NCBI GenBank assembly: GCA_964016885.1
Contig: OZ024740.1
Span: 280,364,001 to 280,428,000, forward strand
Direction of reading: 5' to 3'
Source of the DNA: Eledone cirrhosa
Lineage: Eukaryota
Length of the DNA: 64,000 nucleotides
Below the pieces are notes generated by a model. The model saw only the letters and a list, made by a program, of their open reading frames with translations, had not been told where the DNA came from and did not search any database. Positions 13,967 through 29,235 of this stretch are shown here, in pieces (the stretch's first letter is position 1; every line of letters starts with the position of its first letter). Position numbers and translations under genes: made by a program.

Positions 13967-14298
13967 TGTATGTATAGTATATTTGATAATATACTGTTTA
14001 ATATACTTTAATATACTTTAATATACTTTATTTTAAAACATTTTGAAGACCATTCGGTATTAGTTTTAAAGTAGTGACTATATCACTTACTTAGTCTCGG
14101 CAAAAACAAAGGGAAGCAACCGACAGGTGTTTTTCGTTTGTTAACGGTTATCAAGATTGCTTACCCATTCGTTTCTGTCGAGTCTTGTAGAAGCTGGACT
14201 CTTATAGAATTCGAGTGATGTGTAAGAGCTGATTAAGCAGAGCAGTTCCCGGTCCAGCAAACATTAGGAATTTGTATCAGTGCTCTGAAATAGCGATG

Positions 14299-14355
<57 letters not shown>

Positions 14356-14358
14356 GTA

Positions 14359-14446
<88 letters not shown>

Positions 14447-15177
14447 GTACATACATATACTCACAAACACATATATATAAAATTGCGCACATAGCACCTG
14501 ATGTGTATTATTAGTTCTTAGCTGTAAAAAACAGTACTGGTTTTTAAATCATGCGATTTTGAAAATATATTTAAGCATGCAATCGTCTTATTTACGTATT
14601 TCTCCGAGATTGAAATAGAGGAACACTTTGATCTGTGTTTAGGTTTTTGTTGAGAGCTTATCAGGAATATTCACACCCTTCACAATCCAGAAAGAAATAC
14701 AAATACATAACCAAAGCCATTATATATCCGTTAGGTGTGGCAGAAAGCTGTGCATGTATTTCAATCTCCAGAGAAATATGCAAATAAAACATGTTTTCAT
14801 ATATGCTTGAATATATTTTTTTAAATGTTTGTTGACATATATGTTTCTCCCAGGTTCGGAGAAAAGCCTGTTGTTCTTATACAGATATGAATTTATAGTA
14901 TACTTTAGCTTCTTGGAACACACACACTTTATTATATAATTGAATTAACTACCAACTAAAAACACTAAAACACTAAAATTGTGCAAATTATCATGTCCAG
15001 TTTTCTACTTCCATCACATTTGATGATTTTATAAAGACTTTGGTCATGTATTTCCTCGTGGATTATGAAGGATATAGACAGTTTCTGAAGAGGATCTCAA
15101 CAAAGATAGTTAAGTGCTTCATCGTTTTCAGTATACGGAGAAATATGAAAATAAGACATTCTTAGATTTAATAAATA

Positions 15178-16032
<855 letters not shown>

Positions 16033-16225
16033 TATATACGAATATGTGTTTACGTATGTATTTCTCGCGACTTTGTACAGATATGAATATATATTCGTTT
16101 ATCAACCACGGGGCTTAATGTTCATTCTAGTGTGCAGCACTTTGGGTAAGTGTTATCTACTTTAACCTTGGTTTGATCAGTGCCCCAGCATGGCATCAGC
16201 CCGTCAGCTGGAATGCGTAATAGAG

Positions 16226-16289
<64 letters not shown>

Positions 16290-16385
16290 ATACTACCTTG
16301 AAGAAATTTATAGTTGATCCATGCACTCACTTTTATACTTTTGTGATGCTTATGTTGTAAATTTATGTTATAAATTTCTTCAAGG

Positions 16386-16504
<119 letters not shown>

Positions 16505-16505
16505 A

Positions 16506-16564
<59 letters not shown>

Positions 16565-16637
16565 CATTATGAAGAGAGAAGAAACATTTAGATATAATTA
16601 GTAATAAAATGTATCATACCTAAACTGCTCCTAGATT

Positions 16638-16725
16638 CCTCGACTACGCAGTTTCGTGGCATAAACAAAAACAATACATCATAAAGATATACAGCCCTTG
16701 CGAGGTCAGCCGACTTATCAAGAGG
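16638..16725 (-). ncRNA. Hammerhead with U3:A8 core and extended stem II
   Basis: cctc TTGATAA gt(c)ggc...gccac GAAA ctgcgtag TC gagg. Confidence 0.65.
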
Positions 16726-17067
16726 ATACCTCGTTTTCTAGCTTCAAGAACGCGTCTACATGACGTGAGAAAGAATCCCAAAAGGCGGAGGGGGAGATAG
16801 TCACGCGATATAACGGTCGAGAAACAGAGCTAAGCCTCTTATAACCCCGAAGAAAATACCACGGAGGCGGAGGGGGTATTTATATCGAAGCCGTAGAAGA
16901 GGTGGTGAGGGAGGCGAGAAGTATGAGTAATGGCAGCTTTCCAGCAGTCACCACACTTCAAAGATTACTCGACCAGAGGGAGTTATGAACAATATATTTA
17001 GAAACACACAGATACATGCGGACACACACATATACATGAATGCATCTGTGTGTTTCTAAATATATTG

Positions 17068-17219
<152 letters not shown>

Positions 17220-17220
17220 A

Positions 17221-17363
<143 letters not shown>

Positions 17364-17699
17364 TACCTTGAAGAAATTTATAGTTGATCCATGCACTCGC
17401 TTTTATACTGTTGTCATGCTTATGTTGTATGTAAATTTGTCAGTATATGATATGCCTTGCATTATGCTTACATTTCTTATACCAGCATTTTTCTTTATAC
17501 CGGTTTGTTTATAAGTTTTTTAATGCTTCTAGCTGCTGATTCTTAATTATATTTAGATTTATATGATCATGCTTTTCATGTGCTTCTTGCTTTCCTCTCT
17601 TATATTAATGTTAATGTCTATTATTTTTGCTTTCTTCCCATATGCGGTATCCCCAGAATATTATTTGACAACGTTATTTGTGTTCTAACTTTTGATTTA

Positions 17700-17748
17700 T
17701 ACTCTGATGTTTTTCTGGCCTTGCGCTTGGATGAAACGATCGTTAGTA
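17700..17748 (+). ncRNA. Degenerate hammerhead (A9 mutated)
   Basis: tact CTGATGT ... GAAA cgatcg TT agta. Confidence 0.45.
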
Positions 17749-18065
17749 ATTAAATGTTATTAAACACTCTTTGATTGTTATTTATAAAGTATATTTATAT
17801 ACACACACACACACCCTATATATATATAAGGTAAACTATATGAGTTGATGATACAACCGTATAAAGCATTCAGATATTTAAAGCTCTAATCTAATTTTGT
17901 CAACACCTAGCCGGATGTATAAGAACATGGGATTGGTTAATACATATCTTTTCTATACTATATACTCATTCTGAAAAATTAAATGCTACATCCTTTGTAG
18001 TTGAATGAAACAATTAAATGTAAATCAATTAAAAATGCATTAATGTATTGGACATTGGTGATTTA

Positions 18066-18141
<76 letters not shown>

Positions 18142-18222
18142 ATATAGAAATGGCCTCTACAGATCTAGAACTGTTTCATTCGGGAGAATGTATTACGTTG
18201 GTATACATTTATTACGCAATTT

Positions 18223-18280
18223 ACACCTGATGAAGTCACCGGTTTCTTACGCAAACTGGCCACTGAAATGTGCATAGGGT
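18223..18280 (+). ncRNA. Type-I hammerhead, related to the 47204 motif
   Basis: acac CTGATGA agt.accggttt-cttacgc-aaactggc.act GAAA tgtgca TA gggt. Confidence 0.7.
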
Positions 18281-18341
18281 TTACAGTAATAAAAAATTAA
18301 GGAAATTCAACATATTTGGCCTCCTGTCATTTCACCTTATA

Positions 18342-18419
<78 letters not shown>

Positions 18420-18501
18420 ATATATATGTGTGAATAAATGAAGTAATTCCATCGGAAAAGTCCAGGAAAAAAGAGTGCTCTATGTATGCAACAGAGCTTA
18501 A

Positions 18502-18755
18502 TTATTATTATTATGTAATAAACAACATAAGGCAATTATTCCATTTACCAGTGGTTTCTTAAAAGCAAAAGGTTTTGCTTTCAATCCTCAGAATGAAAAA
18601 TCCTGGTTTGTTTATTGAATATGGATTCTAATCCATATTCAATAAACAAACCAGGATTTTTCATTCTGAGGATTGAAAGCAAAACCTTTTGCTTTTAAGA
18701 AACCACTGGTAAATGGAATAATTGCCTTATGTTGTTTATTACATAATAATAATAA
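18502..18755. repeat. Perfect palindrome, 126-bp arms and 2-nt spacer
   Basis: Centre GGATT-CT-AATCC at 18623-18634; arms match by eye to the ends. Confidence 0.9.
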
Positions 18756-18786
<31 letters not shown>

Positions 18787-18819
18787 AAAGTCTGTCTGAA
18801 GCCAGAAGGCTCATTTGGC

Positions 18820-19060
18820 GGGTGTTTATCCCGGTTTCATGGCGTGAAGTGACTGAGAGTACAAGACGCCCCCCAGAACAGGACACCAGCCCATCGCAGG
18901 GTTAAACACCCAGCTATCGCCAGTACTCATTTTCAGCTGAGTATACTGGAGCTGCGTGAAATGAAGTGTTTTGCAAAAGAACACAACACGCAACCCGATC
19001 ATCGAACCCACGACATTATGATCGCAAGACCAACACCCTTACCACTAGGCCACGTGCTTC
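18820..19060 (-). mobile_element. tRNA-derived SINE with V-domain-like core
   Basis: A box TGGCCTAGTGG, B box GGTTCGAT, core CCTGCGATGGGCTGGTGTCCTGTTCTGGGG. Confidence 0.65.
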
Positions 19061-19408
19061 TCCCCCTCTCTCCTCTCTCTCTCTCTCTGTATATATAAAT
19101 ATATTTGAAGAAGGAAGTAAAGTTCTATACAAAACGAAGGTTATAGGTAAAACGTAAAAGCACAGGGTTATATTTGAACATTCCTTTAATCCGGCAATAA
19201 ATATTTTCACAATTGTTACATTAATAGGATTTAAGTTTTATTAAATATTACCGGTTTCAATTGGTATGCAACGTATTTGATAGGCTTATATACTCATTTT
19301 CGGTTAGTATTATGCTGAAATAGACGTGCTAATTTACATATAATTAGCGTCCGTGTTAGTAAATAATTAAAATATAAATTAAGAAGTGTGGTTGTTAAGA
19401 TGATATAC

Positions 19409-19457
19409 ACACCTTCTGATGAGGATCCAACCATGTCTGAAAATCGATTAAAGATGT
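19409..19457 (+). ncRNA. Type-I hammerhead
   Basis: acacctt CTGATGA ggat-ccaaccat-gtct GAAA atcgat TA aagatgt; palindromic stem III. Confidence 0.75.
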
Positions 19458-19569
19458 TTATCATTTTCTGGTATGTTTACATGTCTACGTATGTCGCAGT
19501 CTCTATTACCCACTCTGTATATATACTGATATAACTTTATCATACACTTCGGCTTCTTAGTGTACTTCT

Positions 19570-20335
<766 letters not shown>

Positions 20336-20520
20336 TGTAGGTATTACGGTGAAATACTGGTGTTGGTACCAAATCAACCACTCTATGCACAGGCAGAGTG
20401 TATATAATAGAGAAAACGAGGAAGTTTCGTTTACATATGAAAAATGTTAATTGCGTATCGACCTATTACGCGTGTTTCGCAGAGGATTGGCTCAAGGTCA
20501 CCCATATCTTGTGTCGCATC

Positions 20521-20612
20521 ACCAGTCTGAGGAGCAGACCGATACTGAAGTCTGGTCCATAACTCCTATGGGTTACCTTGAGCCAATCCTCTGCGAAACG
20601 CGTGTAACAGGT
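20521..20612 (+). ncRNA. Type-I hammerhead with long stem II insertion, inside an inverted repeat (20401-20668)
   Basis: accagt CTGAGGA gcaga...tctgc GAAA cgcgtg TA acaggt. Confidence 0.7.
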
Positions 20613-21586
20613 CGATTCGCAATAAATATTTTTCATATGTAAACGACACGTTTTTTCTATTATATATATATTCACACATATATGTATGTATATATAATAT
20701 AGACACTCCTCCCCACCTCACCCCCAACCAAAAACATTTTAACAGCTAAGCCAAAAAGCAAAAAGTATTCGTATTTTGTTGTTGCTGCATGAGGTGCTAT
20801 TCGAGCAGCCTAAAACTCTGCGTTTATCTTTATACTACTCTTATAGGATTGGATTTAACATAACATTCTAGGAATTTGAATTTGTGGCATCGGTTTCTTT
20901 GTGCACTTCCATCTGCAAATGAACAAGACATAAAAACGTGGTTAATTTGCCCGTGTTTTCTGTTTTCATAAACTGATGTCTTACATATATAAAATGTAAA
21001 CATAAAATAACTTTTTAATTTGAAATTATATGTCAAATAAGTTATCTATTACATTAATATTGCTGAAATAAATATATGGAATATATAAATAAAAATATGG
21101 AATATATGGAATTTTCCGATCAAAAGTATACCGAAAAATCGTTATATCTATTTAGTCACATTTACATGTATATATATGTATATATATGAAGATAAGTTAT
21201 CTTGTAGATGATGACGCAAGTCGTTTTGTGGAAATCCTACACATCCCACGATAGATTTATGAATAATGGTATTGTTAAGGCGTCACAGTACTCGCTTCTT
21301 TCCTTAATCGTTGTCTTGTGGAAAACACCAACACTAATTTACCCCCCCCCCCCCCAAAAAAAATTAAAGACGTGCATGTAATACACCGTGATGGTGGCAA
21401 AAAAACAAAACAAAAATAAAAAGACGAAAAGCAAATCAACTCTTCCTAACATGGCAAATTTTAAGTCAGTCGTAACGATAATTAGTCAGCTGTTCAACCT
21501 ACTGAATTCCTACTCATGAATTTAGCATGCAAATATCTGGGCATTCCATAGATACGTCCACTCTTAATGCAATTCTCAGTCGGGAG

Positions 21587-21628
<42 letters not shown>

Positions 21629-21937
21629 GGAATAGAATGAAACGAAATTTCATTTCTCACTCTTAGTACGGCATTTACTTAAATGTAAGTATGTATGTAT
21701 GTATACGTACATACATATATGTATACAGACGTACATACATATATGTATACAGACGTACAGTAGTATGTATATATATATATATACATACATGCACACACAT
21801 ATATATATGCACGTATCGGTTTACCGAACATTTATTATATGCTCGGTTTGTTTGTTTGTAAACAAACAAACAGCCCGAATTACGCCGTACAGTGTTCAGG
21901 CAACCACGTCACCTTTTTGTTCAACACTGACACAGGA

Positions 21938-21980
21938 ACGATGTACTAGTTTCAAGCTTATTAGCTATCGTCAGCATCGT
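21938..21980 (-). ncRNA. Type-I hammerhead in a ~477-bp partially tandem unit
   Basis: acgatg CTGACGA t agct-aata-agct t GAAA ctag TA catcgt. Confidence 0.8.
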
Positions 21981-22517
21981 ATACCTTCCTGCCAGATGGT
22001 TGAACGTCTGAAAGTATATACTTTCCTTATGCATATTAACGGCTGAGCAGCCTAATTTGCATATCGAGTGAGTTCAGTCGGCCGGGCGCACCGAAAACGA
22101 TAAATGGAATAGAATGAAACGAAATTTAATTTCTCACTCTTAGTACGGAACTTACTTAAATGTAAGTATGTATGTATGTATACGTACATACATATATGTA
22201 TACAGACGTACAGTAGTATGTATATATATACATACATGAACGCATATATATATGCACGTATCGGTTTACCGAACATTTATTATAATGCTCGGTTTGTTTG
22301 TTTGTACGGCGTAATTCGGTTTACAAACAAACTCTACTACTCTAAGTACTCGATACTTAGAGTAGTAGAGTGGGTATTAGGAAAAGAGTCAGAACCCGGA
22401 CGGCTGAGCTCCGGCAGTTTCGACAGCTAGATCCGAGCTGTCGAAACGGCCGAAGCTCAGCCGTTGGGAATCAGACTCTTTTGCTATATATATATATATA
22501 TATATATATACAGGGAG

Positions 22518-22575
<58 letters not shown>

Positions 22576-22645
22576 CATGGGAGTACTCAATGCATGGCGA
22601 GATGCAGAGTATAGAGATATATAAAATCCCGACCGGTCGGATTTT

Positions 22646-22840
<195 letters not shown>

Positions 22841-23079
22841 TGTGTGTGTGTGTGAGTGTGTGTGTATGCGAAAGGCAAAGAGAAATAACAAAGCAAACGA
22901 CATAGTACAATGAAGAAATATATTATTTTTATGCTTGATATAGTAGGAAAAGAGTCTTAATGTTTCAGACGCATATATATACAATATATGGAGTACTCTT
23001 ACATTTTGCACATATTAACGACACATCCCCACACCAGCCCTTATATATACATATATATAAATATATTTTAGACAATGTA

Positions 23080-23126
<47 letters not shown>

Positions 23127-23200
23127 AACAATAATTGTTTCTACTTTAGGCACAAGGCCAGCAATTACCCAGTGCATTACTGGTACTTTATTTTATCGAC

Positions 23201-23241
<41 letters not shown>

Positions 23242-23952
23242 CTTTCTTTATTAACCACAAGGGTTTACACAAAGTAGACATTAAGGACAGTACATGACAA
23301 TACAGAACGGTACAAATGGGCATTTCTGCGTGTAAAAAAACAAAAAACAGAGGGTGTAACAAAAAAAGAACAATGAAAAATTACCCAAAAGGGGGGAGAC
23401 TTCCGAGGGCCATCGTGGAGAAAGCCCATTAAAGCCCCACAGTGACCCTGACCACCAGGGCAAGTGCCCTCTCCCAGTTTTCCACCTTCAATTTACCTTC
23501 ATATACTCAGAGTAGGTCCATTCACACGGGCCATTCTTGCCTCTCTCACCCATCTTTCAACAATCGAAGATTAGTGTTTTTATCCATCGTTACTCTATCA
23601 TCCCGTTCATTTGACGTTCATCATGGTTCATGTAGATGTATTTTTAACGGGTGCCAAATTGCATACGTGACAGCTTTAGGTTAACAGCATAGTTTCACTG
23701 CGTTAGTTATTTCCGAAATAGTTTAAATGTGTATGGCTTCCCACATGTAGCTGCAGTTTCTATTTCACAGGCAAATATACAAGTTTCATATATGAAAAGA
23801 GTTACTCTAAAAATAACATTAAATTATTATATAACGCGCATAGTTACATAGGGACACATTTAAATTTAACTGTATGTGTTCAACCAGTAAGCAGTCAAAA
23901 GGAAAATTAGATACACACGTTCATACACTCACACGCACATTATTTTATCTAC

Positions 23953-24134
23953 GGATTGGCAGTATCGGTAGAGGGTCGGACGCCATGCTTTGACGCAAAG
24001 AGTTACAGCCCTTTCCATTCTGAGTTCAAATCCCGCCGAGGTTAACTTTGCCTTTCATGCTTACGGGGTCGATAAAATAAAGTACCAGTAATACACTGGG
24101 TAATTGCTGGCCTTGTGCCAAAAGTAGAAACAAT
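23953..24134 (+). mobile_element. Young tRNA-derived SINE with Nin-like domain
   Basis: A box TGGCAGTATCGG, B box GAGTTCAAATCC, core GCCTTTCAT(C/G)CTTACGGGGTCGATAAAATAAAGTACC; flanking direct repeat TATTTTATCTAC. Confidence 0.85.
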
Positions 24135-24925
24135 TATTTTATCTACGTATGTTTGGATAGCTTCATGGCGTAGTTTGCCACCTAAACAGTACCTCATTTC
24201 GTTCCGTTGACATAAAATTTTGACAGAATGTCTAATTTATCCGTAATAGAAATTCCATCATTCCTGTTATAGAGAAATATAGATATGGAGAATCTTTTGT
24301 TTCTATCACAGAAGTATTGGACTTTCTGTGACATTTCTTCTTGTAAGTGTTTGCTGTGAGTTTAATGTAATTCATTTCGACATTATATTTTCAGACAAAA
24401 TATTGTCTCAAGATGCTATAGGGGACAACATGAATGTCGATTTGATGAAGTTCCATTATGGTGATGATGACACATAATTATCTGCATATGATGACACATA
24501 ATTATCACACAGTAATATATCAGCAAAATAATTGGGGTAGCAGAGGTTCTAAGAAGGTGCAGAATAATTAATTGAGATGAATATAAAATGTCACAAAAAG
24601 TAGTATTATAAGGTCTGGTTGATGCATTTCAAGATAACTGTGGTGATAAATAATATTAGGAGAGGGTAATTTTCATTGGAGAAACGAAACAAAATTACAT
24701 TTATCCACCAACACGAAAACTTCTCTACAGGTACATAATTATTTGAACAATTTGCAAGCAATGGCAAATTCAAACTGGATGTACAAGGGAAAGTTTATAT
24801 GTAAGCAGTTACTATAACAGCACTCTCTGTTGAGGAACAGGAAGAAACGGTTTTCCTAAACCATTTTGAAAACTACCAGTGTCGCAAGTGGTTGTGTGAA
24901 AGAGCGAGATTTGCTCCAAAGAATA

Positions 24926-25096
24926 ATTGTTTCTACTTTGCCTCAAGACCAGCAATTACTGGTATTTTATCGACCCCGTAAGGATGAAAGGCAAAGTTAA
25001 CCTCGGCGGGATTTGAACTCAGAATGGCAAGGGCCGTAACTCAATGCATCAAAACATGGCGCCCGACCCTCTACCGATACTGCCAATCCACCGCCC
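24926..25096 (-). mobile_element. Same SINE family
   Basis: Reverse-complement match; TSD-like TTGCTCCAARGAATAAT. Confidence 0.85.
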
Positions 25097-26059
25097 TCTT
25101 GCTCCAAGGAATAATGCTGTCAATGTCATCAACACACTTTCGCAGCAACTATCTGATAAGAAGCACTGTTTGAGGTCAATTGACACAATTCCTGATCCGT
25201 TTGAAATGGCCAGTCATCCAACACATTGTCTGTCTTGAAGTAGGATCACTCATCATAATCTTTCGTACACTGACTAACTAGGTGTGAAGAAGGCTCTCTG
25301 TCCCTCCATGTTCGACCATGTTTCACCCACCATGATTCAACTGGATCGACTATGCCTTGTGGAGAAAAGCTGGTCGTTCAGAATCACATGTTACTGTAGC
25401 TAGAATTATTTCCAGTCGAGGCAAAGAGGATGTATTATTCTAACAATCCTTATTACTCCAAAGGATATATTTTAGTTTAAGGGACTCCAAATTCCTATAG
25501 GCTCAAGCTTCGCAATGTTCATAAAAAATCCAAGGTTCAGATATTGATTGGAGCTGGAATGCAGTTCGAAGAGTCTTCTTCTCTCATGAACAATTATAAG
25601 GTTGATGTCCATATTTAGAATCCAAAACAACCTTTATGTAAATGCTCAAGGTAAAAAAACTAGGAATGTCATACCACGTTCAGCTGACAATTATTTGTCT
25701 GTGTTTTGCGAAAGGCAATACTTTCTTAAAACAATGTATCTCCTTTTCACAGAATAAAAACGCCGTAATACTACATTTATCTGGATTTATCACGTTTCCT
25801 TTTTTAAGAAGTCTGCCATCTAAGTCAGGATGTAAATACATACAAACATTCTCACACCGAAATTAAAATTTGTATATGAATACTCTACATATATTTATTC
25901 ATAACTACACTGTTTTGGCACACACATACTCACAATAGCCTCTCACACAGAGATACAAATACATACATACACACATACATTCACACATACATACATAAAT
26001 ACACACACATACATACATACACATACATACATACATACATACATACATACATACATACA

Positions 26060-26092
<33 letters not shown>

Positions 26093-26904
26093 TCATTCAT
26101 ACATATATTTAATATTTAATAGAACCAACACCGAACATTTTTTTTAGATCGTTTAAATGCCACTTAAGCGCAGCTTGTTTGTCACAAGTGTTTTAATTTG
26201 GTTTTATATTATCGGTAATATTAGTAGAAATATCTGATTTAATTTTTCCAGATCTTATTGTACAATATGTTACACTACAAAGGTCCAATAATGTAATTTA
26301 AGTTATTGTTGTAGTTATCGACACTAAAATGTTAATGGTAAGACGTGGGTTTGAGTCTAACAAGGTCTTCTCATTAGTTATCGGAAGGCGTGTTAGAATG
26401 TCGAACAAAATGCCCTGTGGTATTTCTCCTATCTCTTTACATTCTCTCTTCAAATTCAATGTTGATAAATAACATATCAGTCGATTTAATCGATACACCG
26501 CGTGGCCTTATGTCTTTGTAAGAAAGTTTTAGTTATTTTCTCCACTAGCTATACATTATATTAGAATACACAGCTTTGTGTAAACATATGTTAAACAGTG
26601 AATCATAGATCAACCATCAACAGAACACACGCACACACTGACACACACACACACAGACACACACACAGACACAGCCACACACGCACACAGAGACACAGAC
26701 ACACAGACTCCCACAGAGATACACATACACAGACACACGCATACACAAAGTACTTTACATTTTTAATTTTACAAATTATTCTGGAAAAAATACAAGGTTT
26801 AGGCTCGACTAGATCGTACTATGGAGACCCATGTTTTCAGCCCTGTATATTTATAACAAGAACCTTTATAGCACAGAACTGCACTTCTCACTATTACATA
26901 TAAG

Positions 26905-27110
26905 TAAATGGGGCCCACGCGCTGGCCGCCCCGCCGACCTTGCGGACAGATTAAAGAAGGCGTTTCCCTGGAGGATGGTGAGGGGGACGCGCTGGTAGCC
27001 AACTCTGTGCCGATGGTTGGGAGTAGGGAGGTGGTCCTAGGGCCAAGGACACCGGAAGTCTCCACTGCTACGGGCTCGACCGCAAACCTGTCGGAGATCG
27101 ACCAATATTT
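26905..27110 (-). mobile_element. CRE endonuclease fragment
   Basis: KY..ISDRFAVEPVAVETSGVLGPRTT; homologous to 290-530. Confidence 0.75.
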
Positions 27111-27789
27111 GGTGTATATATTTATTTACCAGGACATATAATTGAGTGCTAACACCCAGTAACATTCACTTTCAATTTAGTGATGAAATACAGCTCAGTC
27201 AATTCTACCTCAAAACTACTGCAGTTCTATTTCTAATTTCTTTTGTTTTCCAAAGTCATATTTTCCTACAACATTTGTCCAGTTTCTGTATTGGCATTCT
27301 CTTGTTTCGTGGCAACTGATTTATTTATATTTGTAGGGTGTCAAAGAATTTATCTAACACTTCGTTATTGTAACTTCAGCCTGGACATAGATGTGGAAAA
27401 TGATTGCCCTTCTACCTGCTGTAATGAAAGAGATACTCATTAACAATTGAAGCTTATGATGCATTTTTCAAATTCTTTCTCTACTATTAGAGCAACACCG
27501 TGTCTTTTAACGTTATTTATTCTGTTTGAATGGATCATAACGTATTTCTCCACTTCAAATGATACTATATTGTTGTGTTTCAGAAGCACTGACGACGTGA
27601 ATTATTGAAAGTCGACATTATATTCACTACTAATTTTAAGTGGTACTCATTATCAAGCATTGTCAGATTCTCCATAGCAATAAATACTGGTATATTCTTA
27701 GTATCTTTTCTTCTACGAGTACCCCAGATTGAGGATCGTTGATTTGACTGTGCTGTCATTATGGGTAATAAGCAAAAGACATATTAAGA

Positions 27790-28370
27790 CAGCAAATTGA
27801 TCAAGTTAAGGAGTTTGTATATCTCGGTCACAAACTATCATCAAGCAACAATGGAATTGTTGCTGTGCAGTATCGCATCGCTCTAGGTTGGGCAGCTTTC
27901 CACAAGAACAAGGAAGTACTAACATCAAAACGAGTTTCCTACCATTTGAAGGCTAAGATATTCGATACTTACATCCTACTAGTTGTGTTATATGGTCTCG
28001 AGTGTGTTAATTGGACGACAAGGTCACTTCAGAAGCTCTCTACACTCCAGAACCACATCATGAGACTTATGACTGGCAAGCGGCTCAGCGACCGTATCTG
28101 TATCAGTGAGCTACTCAATATTACCAGACTTAGACCAATTACATCAATCGTCGAATCAAGAGTACTCAAACTATACGGTCATAAGAAAAGATCAACTCGT
28201 GGTGTGAGTAGGTTATGCCTGGAAAGAAGGTTGGCTGGTAAGAGAAGCAGAGACCGGCAGCCAAAACGATAGCTTGATAATATCAACATATGGACTGGAC
28301 TTGATCTTTTCTCTTTAAACTCTGCTGCTGGTGATCGAACTTTGTGGAGAAAAATATCTCATGTTGATGC
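27790..28370 (+). mobile_element. RTE-clade LINE 3' fragment
   Basis: VKEFVYLG, RIALGWAAF, KAKIFDTYIL.V.LYGLE, LKLYGH, GKRSRDRQPKR*LDNI. Confidence 0.8.
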
Positions 28371-28859
28371 GCAGTCTGAAACGGAGTTTAGTGTCATTCA
28401 TTCATATTAAGGTATTTGCTGATTGAATAATATTTTAGAAAAGCGTGTCCATTGTTGTCTCTATAATGAAACCTTACCTACGCTGACGGCACACTGCTAT
28501 ACCACACAGTCGCATAGTTCACTTACCTCGGGAATTATCGTTGGTGAAATACCCATCCACCGCTTCCAAGTACTCAATATAATGCAGCTGCTCAGTACTT
28601 CGACCTTTATCTAGGTTTAGTCTGTCAGCCAAGAGAGGATACCAGGTGACGCACCCCTTCTGGGAGCCACAAGGTGAGAAGTGGACGAAACCAATTCAGG
28701 TTAGGTTTATCGGAGAGTCAGATGCTGGCCACTGGGGATAGTAAGCTTCTAAGGAGCTACATTTACAGGCCATGTTATAGTTGATATCTACATCTTTCTG
28801 CAGCTACATAGTATGACTTGCATACTAGTCTCAAAGTAGTCCTTCTCAAACACCCCCTC

Positions 28860-29235
28860 CAGCGGGTCCTGTCAGAAGCAACCATCTCCAACTGATCCGA
28901 CTGGATACCCAGGCGTGACCAACCAAGCTCATGGATGTTATCCAGCCATCTTGCTCGGGGTCTATCCCTTGCGTCTCTTGTCGGTTGGTTTTGTCCGCAA
29001 AATCAGTCCAGCGATTCTTTCCTGAGACATTCTAACCACATGCCCATAGTATCGGAGCTGTGTTCTCTCAATTCGGAGAAGTAGCAGCTCTACCTGGAGT
29101 GACTCTCTGATCTCCGAGCTATGCACTTTATCGAGTAACCTTACTCCAAAGACCCTTCGGAGGCATCCCATTTCGGCTGCTTGTTTTTGCGAACGTATTC
29201 TTTCGGTCATTACCGAAGATTCATGACCATAGGTA
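28860..29235 (-). mobile_element. RTE-clade LINE 3' fragment
   Basis: TYGHES.VMTERIRS..QAAEMG.LRR..G...LDKV, QLRYYGHVVRM..ERI. Confidence 0.8.

Noticed and set aside
23953-24040. tRNA gene
   Set aside because: A and B boxes belong to a multi-copy SINE head with no clean cloverleaf.
27585-27620. CTGACGA...GAAAGTCGAC hammerhead candidate
   Set aside because: No U16.1 and no stem I partner.
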